From: Candidatus Latescibacterota bacterium
Lineage (GTDB): Bacteria > Latescibacterota > UBA2968 > UBA8231
NCBI GenBank assembly: GCA_965243025.1
Contig: CBDETY010000003.1
Location: forward strand, 1,760,001 to 1,824,000
DNA: 64,000 nucleotides
Direction of reading: 5' to 3'
Position numbers and translations under genes: made by a program. The stretch's first letter is position 1, and the number at the start of each line of letters is the position of its first letter. The notes under the pieces were generated by a model, which did no database searches, was not told where the DNA came from, and saw nothing but the letters and a program-made list of their open reading frames with translations. Below are positions 57,778 through 64,000 of the stretch, in pieces.

Positions 57778-59235
57778 ATGACCACGGCACCGGTTCTTGT
57801 CGGTCTTTGCCTTTACCTGTTGACGATGCTTGGCATCGGCCTGTGGGCGAGCCGGCGCATCACAGCCTCGGCTGACTACATAGTCGCCGGCAAGCGTCTG
57901 TCCCTCCTGCTGGCGACCGGCACCCTTGCGGCAACCTGGTTCGGCGGCGGACTCTGCATCGGCGCCGCGAGCGCTGCCTATTCGGGCGGATTCCTGGCGG
58001 TCATCGCCGATCCTTTCGGTGCCGCCCTGTGCCTCTTCCTGGCCGGCCTCTTCTACGTGCGCCTGCTGCGGCGCATGGGCCTGATGACGATCGCTTCCTT
58101 TTTCACCAGCCGTTTCGACGGCCGAGCGGGATTGCTGGCGAGCCTGTGCACCATCCCCGCGTACGTCGGCTGGGTGGCCTCGTTGATGGTGGCCTTCGGC
58201 AGGGTCCTGCAGTCACTGACCGGTTTCGATCCAACCACCGGCATCCTGCTGGCCGCCGCGGTGGTGTTGATCTATACCTGGGCCGGGGGCATGTGGGCGG
58301 TCACCCTGACCGACTTCGTTCAGCTGACCATCCTGACCGCGGGAATGCTGATCATAACCCCGATGTTGCTGGCGGAAATGGGAGGCTGGTCCGCCATCGC
58401 CGCGCGCATTCCAGAAGAGCGGTTCGACCTCTACCCCCGAGATGCCGGTGCTTCCGGCTGGTTCGCATATGCCCGCGACTGGCTGGTGATCGGCCTGGGC
58501 AACCTCGCCGGGCAGGATCTGGTGCAGCGCTCCCTTTCCAGCCGCGACGAACAGGTCGCCTGCCGCAGCGCTTACCTCGCCGGCCTGATCTACGTCACTA
58601 TCGGGCTGTTGCCGGTCCTGCTCGGGATGGCGGGATCGGTCATCCTTCCCGGCCTCGCCGAACCGGACCTGGTAATGATGGAGATCGCCTCCAGGTACCT
58701 GCCCGCGGCGGCGCTGGCGTTGTTCGCCGGCGCCCTCGTCTCCGCCCTGCTCAGCAGCGCCGACAGTGCCTTGCTCGCCCCAGCCAGCGTGATCGGCTGG
58801 GACGTGGTCCGCTTTTTCAACCCGAAGGCGTCGGAGAAAACCTCCCTTCGCATCGCCCGCCTTTCGGTGCTGCTGCTCGGGGCGATCTCACTCGCACTCG
58901 CCCTCCACAAGACCTCGGTCTACGACCTGATGGTCGACTCCTGGTCGGTGCTGCTGGCCACGCTGTTCGTGCCCCTCACGGGGGGGCTCTGGTGGTCGCG
59001 GGCCAACGCCACCGGTGCGCTGGCGGCGATCGTCGTCGGTCTGGTCTCCTGGCTCCTGTTCATTGTCTTCCTTCCGCAGCTGCCAGGCGACCTGCTCGCC
59101 GTGCCATTCGCCGCGGCGGCGCTGATTGGCGGAAGCCTTGCAAGCTCCCGGGTTCCGCGCCCCCTGGTCGATGCCGAGGGCCGCGTCCTGCCTCCGGGCA
59201 ACCGGTTGGGATGGCCATTCGGAAATCCGCAGTAA
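57778..59235 (+). CDS. Sodium:solute symporter family protein (choline transporter-like)
   Basis: DYIVAGKRL, ATWFGGG, GGMWAVTLTD, QDLVQR, LSSADS. Confidence 0.9.
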   Translation: MTTAPVLVGLCLYLLTMLGIGLWASRRITASADYIVAGKRLSLLLATGTLAATWFGGGLCIGAASAAYSGGFLAVIADPFGAALCLFLAGLFYVRLLRRMGLMTIASFFTSRFDGRAGLLASLCTIPAYVGWVASLMVAFGRVLQSLTGFDPTTGILLAAAVVLIYTWAGGMWAVTLTDFVQLTILTAGMLIITPMLLAEMGGWSAIAARIPEERFDLYPRDAGASGWFAYARDWLVIGLGNLAGQDLVQRSLSSRDEQVACRSAYLAGLIYVTIGLLPVLLGMAGSVILPGLAEPDLVMMEIASRYLPAAALALFAGALVSALLSSADSALLAPASVIGWDVVRFFNPKASEKTSLRIARLSVLLLGAISLALALHKTSVYDLMVDSWSVLLATLFVPLTGGLWWSRANATGALAAIVVGLVSWLLFIVFLPQLPGDLLAVPFAAAALIGGSLASSRVPRPLVDAEGRVLPPGNRLGWPFGNPQ

Positions 59236-59249
59236 TCCGCGGTTCCGCA

Positions 59250-60035
59250 ACCCGGGCAAGGGCCCCGTTCATTGCGGGAACAAACTGCTCCGCAAAACCC
59301 ATACGGCTCGTCCACCGAGGTGGCGGACAATCGCCGCACAAAGGAGGAACCGCCTTAACGCATGTCTGGCAGCACATGCCCGGTTTACACCGCAGCTTCC
59401 ACGGCGACCGCAACGAGGTGACCAACGCCCCCTGCGGCAAGTTCCTCGAACATGCGTGGGCATCGGGGGACCAACCCTGCCCCATCCGGAACGACCGGAG
59501 CCACCGGAATACAACCAGGACCTGATGACCGGGGATCTCGACGGCGACAACCAGCCTGCGGTCTGCGTTTCCCGGTACAACCCCCGCGGCTGCTTCCGGT
59601 GGGCGGGCAAGCGCCTTCCTGCCGAAGGGGAGTGGGGGTTTGCCGCACGGGGGGTGATCCTTGCAGAAAGTATCCCCGGGGAGGGGGTGAACCGGACGAC
59701 GACGGGATCTGGCGGGCGAACTGCCAGCCGGCTCGGGGACGGGGCACCGGCGGGTACCGTTGGTCCGCTCCTGTCGGATCCTTCCCCGACGGCGTCAGTC
59801 CCCCCGGCCGGCTCGACATGGCGGGGAACGTCGAGGTGTGGATCCAGGACTGGCGCTACCCCTGCTGTTTCCCGCTTGCCAGGGAAAACCGGAATCCCAC
59901 CGGCCCTGCAAACGGGCGCAACAAGGTCATCGAGGGAGGTTCGTTCGGAACCGGCAAATGGCCAATCCGGGTCGCCGCCCGCATCTACGGCCGGCCTGCC
60001 GGCCGCAGCGTTCGGCTTGGGTTCCGCTGCGCCAG
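59250..60035 (+). pseudogene. Frameshifted FGE/SUMF1 (formylglycine-generating enzyme-like) domain gene remnant
   Basis: Family motifs lie in three different frames: EVTN; QPAVCVS...GKRLPAEGEW..AARG; PVGSFP...DMAGNV...GGSF...GFRCA. Confidence 0.8.
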
Positions 60036-60057
60036 CGGTCTGCAGGAGGAGTCTGCC

Positions 60058-60540
60058 GTGAGTGGCCGGAACCTCGAGCCGCACCGTGTAGGGGTAATCG
60101 CCGATACCCACGGTTTCTTCGATACCAGGATTCCCGAACTTTTCGAGTCGGTCGATCTGATTCTCCACGCCGGGGACGTTGGAGGGCGGGATATTCTGCG
60201 CAAACTTTCAGGGACAGCCCCGGTCGTTGCGGTCCGGGGAAACGTCGATCCCGGAACCGACTGCGACGATCTCCCTGAAACCGCCTGGGTCAGCATCGGC
60301 AAGGTCGACATCTACATGACCCACATTCTCACCCCACCGCGCCCTGATTCACCCCCGCCCGTCCAGGCTCGCCTTGTCATCTTCGGGCACAGTCACCGGC
60401 AGCACCTGTCGGAATGCGGCGGGACCATGTATTTCAACCCGGCGAGCGCGGGAAGAAAGCGGTTCACGAATCCTCGCTCGGTCGGAATGCTGACGGTTGC
60501 CGGGGAGGACGTGACCGCGGCCTTCCTGTCCCTGGACTGA
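60058..60540 (+). CDS. Metallophosphoesterase (YfcE/MJ0936 family)
   Basis: ADTHG, HAGD, RGNVD, FGHSH, FNPASAG. AGGAGG RBS before GTG at 60058. Confidence 0.88.
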   Translation: MSGRNLEPHRVGVIADTHGFFDTRIPELFESVDLILHAGDVGGRDILRKLSGTAPVVAVRGNVDPGTDCDDLPETAWVSIGKVDIYMTHILTPPRPDSPPPVQARLVIFGHSHRQHLSECGGTMYFNPASAGRKRFTNPRSVGMLTVAGEDVTAAFLSLD

Positions 60541-60668
60541 CGGGGGAACCCGCAGTCCCGATGAATGGGTTGACAATACCCCTTCAGCACCAAAAACTAT
60601 CTTTTGCCGGCAACTTTCGTCCGGCCAGCGATTTCAACCCCGAACGACAGCGAACGAGGAAAACGACG

Positions 60669-62078
60669 ATGAAAATGCACGCAGGAGGCAGATGGATCGA
60701 CAAAGCGGAGAAGATCGAAGTCCTGAATCCCTTCGATGGTTCGGTGGTGGACACGGTCCCGAAGGGAGACGCTTCAGACGTCGACGCGGCGATCACCACC
60801 GCCGCAGAAGGGGCCAGGATCATGGCCGCGATGCCGGCGTACGAGCGTTACCAGATCCTTCACAAGGCTTCGGAAATCATGACCGAGCGGCTCGAGGACC
60901 TCGGGCGCACGATCACCATGGAAGAGGGCAAGGTGATTTCCGAGGGCCGCATGGAGGCCGCCCGTGCCACCGAGACGATCACCCTGTCGGCCGAGGAGGC
61001 AAAACGCCTCACGGGAGAAGTCCTTCAGCTCGACGGGGCCTCGAACGGAGCCGGCAAATTCGGGTTCACCATCCGCATCCCGGTCGGAGTCGTAGCCGCG
61101 GTCACGCCCTTCAACTTTCCCCTGAACCTCGTCTGTCACAAGGTCGGCCCGGCCCTGGCGGCCGGGAACGCCGTCGTCGTCAAGCCCGCAACCGACACCC
61201 CGCTGTCCGCCCTCAAGTTGACGGAAATCATGCTGGAGGCCGGGGTTCCTTCCGAGGCGATTCAGTGTGTGACCGGATCGGGGGGGGTGATCGGGGACGC
61301 TATCTCCCGCGACCCCCGGGTGCGCAAGATTTCCTTCACCGGCAGCAGGGACGTCGGCGAGCACATCTGCCGCCAGGCAGGGATCAAGAAAGTCACCATG
61401 GAGCTCGGTTCGAACGCCCCGGTGATCGTGATGGACGACGCGGATCTCGACAAGGTCACCGACGCCATGGCGATGACCGGATTCGCCAACGCCGGACAGG
61501 TCTGCATCTCCTCCCAGCGCGTCCTGGTCGACGACGGGGTGTACGGTGACGTCATCGATTCGCTGAAGCCCAAAGTGGAAGGCCTGGTGACCGGCGATCC
61601 GCTGGAGGATTCGATGAAGATGGGGCCGATGATCCGCGAGTCGGATGCCGCCCGAGTCAACGAGTGGATCCACGAGGCGGTAGGCGCAGGAGCGACGCTG
61701 GTCACCGGGGGCGAGCGGACCGGCACCCTTCACCAGCCGACCATCGTCGCCGACGTGAAACCGGAAATGCGCATCTCCAGCGAAGAGCTGTTCGGCCCTG
61801 CCGTCGCCCTGACCCGGGTAGACGACATCGACAGGGCCATCGCCATGGCCAACGACAGCAACTACGGCCTCAGCGCCTCGATATTCACCGAAAACGTCGA
61901 CCGTGCCTTGAAATTTGCCAGGGAGGTGCATTCCGGAAACCTCCATATCAACTTCGGCACGGTCTGGCGCGCGGACATGATGCCGTACGGCGGGGTCAAG
62001 GACAGCGGCATGGGCAAAGAGGGCCCGAAATACGCCGTTGAAGAAATGACGGAAACCAAGATGGTGGTCTTCCACTAG
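60669..62078 (+). CDS. Aldehyde dehydrogenase family protein
   Basis: TPFNFP, FTGS, MELGSN, GQVCIS, EELFGP, PYGGVKDSG. Confidence 0.95.
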   Translation: MKMHAGGRWIDKAEKIEVLNPFDGSVVDTVPKGDASDVDAAITTAAEGARIMAAMPAYERYQILHKASEIMTERLEDLGRTITMEEGKVISEGRMEAARATETITLSAEEAKRLTGEVLQLDGASNGAGKFGFTIRIPVGVVAAVTPFNFPLNLVCHKVGPALAAGNAVVVKPATDTPLSALKLTEIMLEAGVPSEAIQCVTGSGGVIGDAISRDPRVRKISFTGSRDVGEHICRQAGIKKVTMELGSNAPVIVMDDADLDKVTDAMAMTGFANAGQVCISSQRVLVDDGVYGDVIDSLKPKVEGLVTGDPLEDSMKMGPMIRESDAARVNEWIHEAVGAGATLVTGGERTGTLHQPTIVADVKPEMRISSEELFGPAVALTRVDDIDRAIAMANDSNYGLSASIFTENVDRALKFAREVHSGNLHINFGTVWRADMMPYGGVKDSGMGKEGPKYAVEEMTETKMVVFH

Positions 62079-62249
62079 GGCCCCGGGGCGCCGGGGCAAC
62101 TGACCCCGGAAAGTCCGGTGGCTTGAATAGCCGGGGCATGGGAGATTCGAAGGTCTGGCGTTTCCCTGCGGGCAGGGAAGCGGGGGACAGGGCAATCCCG
62201 GTCCCGGGCTCGACAACCGGTAGTTTCCCGCGTCCCGCCGGGAACATCA

Positions 62250-62282
62250 ATGGGGGCTCCTTCCAGGAGCTCCCATTTTTTT
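62250..62282 (+). terminator. Intrinsic terminator between convergent genes
   Basis: atgggggctcct-tcc-aggagctcccat followed by a T-run. Confidence 0.7.
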
Positions 62283-62286
62283 CGGT

Positions 62287-63132
62287 TCAGCCTCCTGCCC
62301 TGTGCAGAAATGCGGTCCGCAGGCGCCTGGCAAGCTGACCTGGTCGGCCGCATCCGATGGTTGTGCCGTCGATTTCGACTACCGGCAGCACCTCGGTCGC
62401 GGTACCGCAGAGTAAAACCTCTTCGGCGGCCAGGTACTCCCCGAGAAGGCTGAACTCCTCGCGTACCGGGATCTCCAACCCGCGCGCCAGTTCGAGGATT
62501 ACCTCGCGGGTTATGCCGGGGAGAATGTGCGGGCCCGGAGGCGCCGTTTTCAGGACGCCGCCGACAACGCAGAACGAGCTTGTCGACGCACCTTCCGTCA
62601 CCCTCCCCGCCCCGTCGACCAGCAATACCTCGAAAGCGCCGGAGGCCGCGGCTTCCTGCTTGGCCAGGACGTTGGGCAGCAGGGACACGCTCTTGATGTC
62701 GCACCGTCTCCAGCGCTGATCCTCCGAGGTGATGGCGCGCACGCCGCACTTCCAGAGTCTTTCGTCCGGCCGCAGGCATTCCCTGAAGGTCATGACGACG
62801 GTGGGAGCAATCCCGGGCGGGAACTCGTGCCCCCGCGGGGCGACTCCCCTGCTGACCTGGATGTAAATCAGGGTCTCGAGGAATCCGGCGCGCTCGATCC
62901 CCGCGGCAATCGACTCTGCAGCCCCCTGTGCGACGACGTCGTACCGGATATGCAGCGCGTCGAGACTGCGCTGCAGGCGGGCGAGGTGCCGTTCCAGCTC
63001 GAACGGCCTTCCGCCGTAGGTCGCCAGGACTTCGTACACGGCGTCGGCAAACTGAAAGCCGCGGTCTTCGACCGGGACCACGGCCTGTTCGAGAGGCAGG
63101 AATTCCCCGTTGACAAAAGCGATTTCGGGCAC
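62287..63132 (-). CDS. Class IV aminotransferase (D-amino-acid transaminase-like)
   Basis: EDRGFQFADAVYEV, DIKSVSLL, TEGAS, ILPGITR. Confidence 0.9.
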   Translation of the reverse strand: MPEIAFVNGEFLPLEQAVVPVEDRGFQFADAVYEVLATYGGRPFELERHLARLQRSLDALHIRYDVVAQGAAESIAAGIERAGFLETLIYIQVSRGVAPRGHEFPPGIAPTVVMTFRECLRPDERLWKCGVRAITSEDQRWRRCDIKSVSLLPNVLAKQEAAASGAFEVLLVDGAGRVTEGASTSSFCVVGGVLKTAPPGPHILPGITREVILELARGLEIPVREEFSLLGEYLAAEEVLLCGTATEVLPVVEIDGTTIGCGRPGQLARRLRTAFLHRAGG

Positions 63133-63159
63133 AGTCGGAGAGGTTCCGGCAGGGCGGCC

Positions 63160-63924
63160 TCAACAGGGCTGCAAGGCGGTCCAGAGAGCCCTGTAGTACC
63201 GCATCAGGCGCACCGGGTCGGAGCTCCCGGGGATTTCGGCGAGACAGAATCCCCGGTAGCCCGATTCCGAAAGCAGTTCGAACAGCCGTCTCCAGGGGTA
63301 GTCGTTCCAGAGCTCGGTGATGTGGACCAGGCGGATATCCTCCCGCAGAAGGTCGAAATTCCGGTCGATCGACCCCTCCTCGACGTCCTGGGGGTTAGAA
63401 TTCCAGCACACGAAAAGGTTGTCGGCGTCTGCAAAATCGAGGATGGCGCGGATGTTCCGGGGCTCGCAGGTGACGGGGCCGTGCACCTCGAGCCTTATCT
63501 CGACTCCGGCGTCGCGGGCGAAATCCGCACATTCCGCGAGTGAGCGGCCTATCTGCTCGAAAGTCCGCTCCCGCGGCACGCCCTCTTCGTCGTGAACGCG
63601 GTTGGGTCTCACCTTGACCCCGGCAGCCCCGAGATCTGCTGCGAGACGGACGTACTCCTTGGTTCCCTCGATGTTGCGGCGCACTTCCGCCGGGTCGACG
63701 GCGTCGTATTCGAAGGCCGACCCCAGTCCGGCCAGCTCAACCCCGGAATTCTCGAAACGGGCGCGGACCTCGGCGCGCTCCGCGGTGGAAAGCCCCACCT
63801 CGACCCCGTGGGCATGGGTGGTGCGCAGCTCGACTCCTGCGAAGCCGGTATCCTCGCAGTTGGCGATAATCGCCTCCACGTCCCAGTCTTTGGCCAGTTG
63901 ATATGTCACGAGACCCAGCCGCAT
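63160..63924 (-). CDS. Sugar phosphate isomerase/epimerase (TIM barrel)
   Basis: GFAGVELRTTHAHG, RLEVHG, VHITEL, LAEIP. Confidence 0.82.
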   Translation of the reverse strand: MRLGLVTYQLAKDWDVEAIIANCEDTGFAGVELRTTHAHGVEVGLSTAERAEVRARFENSGVELAGLGSAFEYDAVDPAEVRRNIEGTKEYVRLAADLGAAGVKVRPNRVHDEEGVPRERTFEQIGRSLAECADFARDAGVEIRLEVHGPVTCEPRNIRAILDFADADNLFVCWNSNPQDVEEGSIDRNFDLLREDIRLVHITELWNDYPWRRLFELLSESGYRGFCLAEIPGSSDPVRLMRYYRALWTALQPC

Positions 63925-64000
63925 TACATCCTCCCTTCATCGGCAGTCCGAAGCAGCCAGCCCACGGCGTTGTGCAGGAGCAGCTGCACCATCGGGTGTT
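63924..64000 (-). CDS. 3' end of an upstream CDS (possibly ThuA-like), truncated by window edge
   Basis: HPMVQLLLHNAVGWLLRTADEGRM*; TAATG overlap with the next start. Confidence 0.5.
   Translation of the reverse strand, partial: HPMVQLLLHNAVGWLLRTADEGRM

Noticed and set aside
59250-60035. Diversity-generating retroelement target (FGE-type C-lectin fold)
   Set aside because: No reverse transcriptase and no second copy (template repeat) seen in the window. Damage is spread over the whole gene and includes frameshifts and T>C changes.
59452-60540. Genuine FGE-phosphoesterase fusion protein (362 aa)
   Set aside because: The N-terminal part is out-of-frame pseudogene sequence, and the phosphoesterase has its own RBS and GTG start at 60058.

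Overview
GC-rich, gene-dense bacterial chromosome segment with about 57 CDS, one tRNA-Asn(GTT) and one decayed pseudogene. I saw no CRISPR array, rRNA, integrase, transposase, reverse transcriptase or phage genes. Outer-membrane genes (TonB-dependent receptor, OmpA, Omp85-family, GT9) indicate a diderm. Short sigma70 paralogues lacking region 1.1, together with RNase Y, would fit an FCB-group organism such as Latescibacterota or Gemmatimonadota; this is inference only. Housekeeping and metabolic genes include ftsH, hemE, korAB, dxr, rny, sod, iscU, dacA, a KamA-family enzyme, an ECF sigma operon, Moco accessory genes and several catabolic enzymes. The most notable signal is an uninterrupted UvrA paralogue in which both Walker A lysines are replaced by Ala and all other ABC motifs are eroded, while Zn fingers and the UvrB-binding segment persist; it is transcribed divergently from an extra sigma70. 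Other leads are korAB bracketed by two stand-alone CBS proteins, a 4-hydroxybutyryl-CoA dehydratase/HpaB-fold protein lacking Fe-S cysteines next to a FadN-like gene, and further intact genes with apparently missing catalytic residues. All family calls come from motif reading by eye; no database searches were run.
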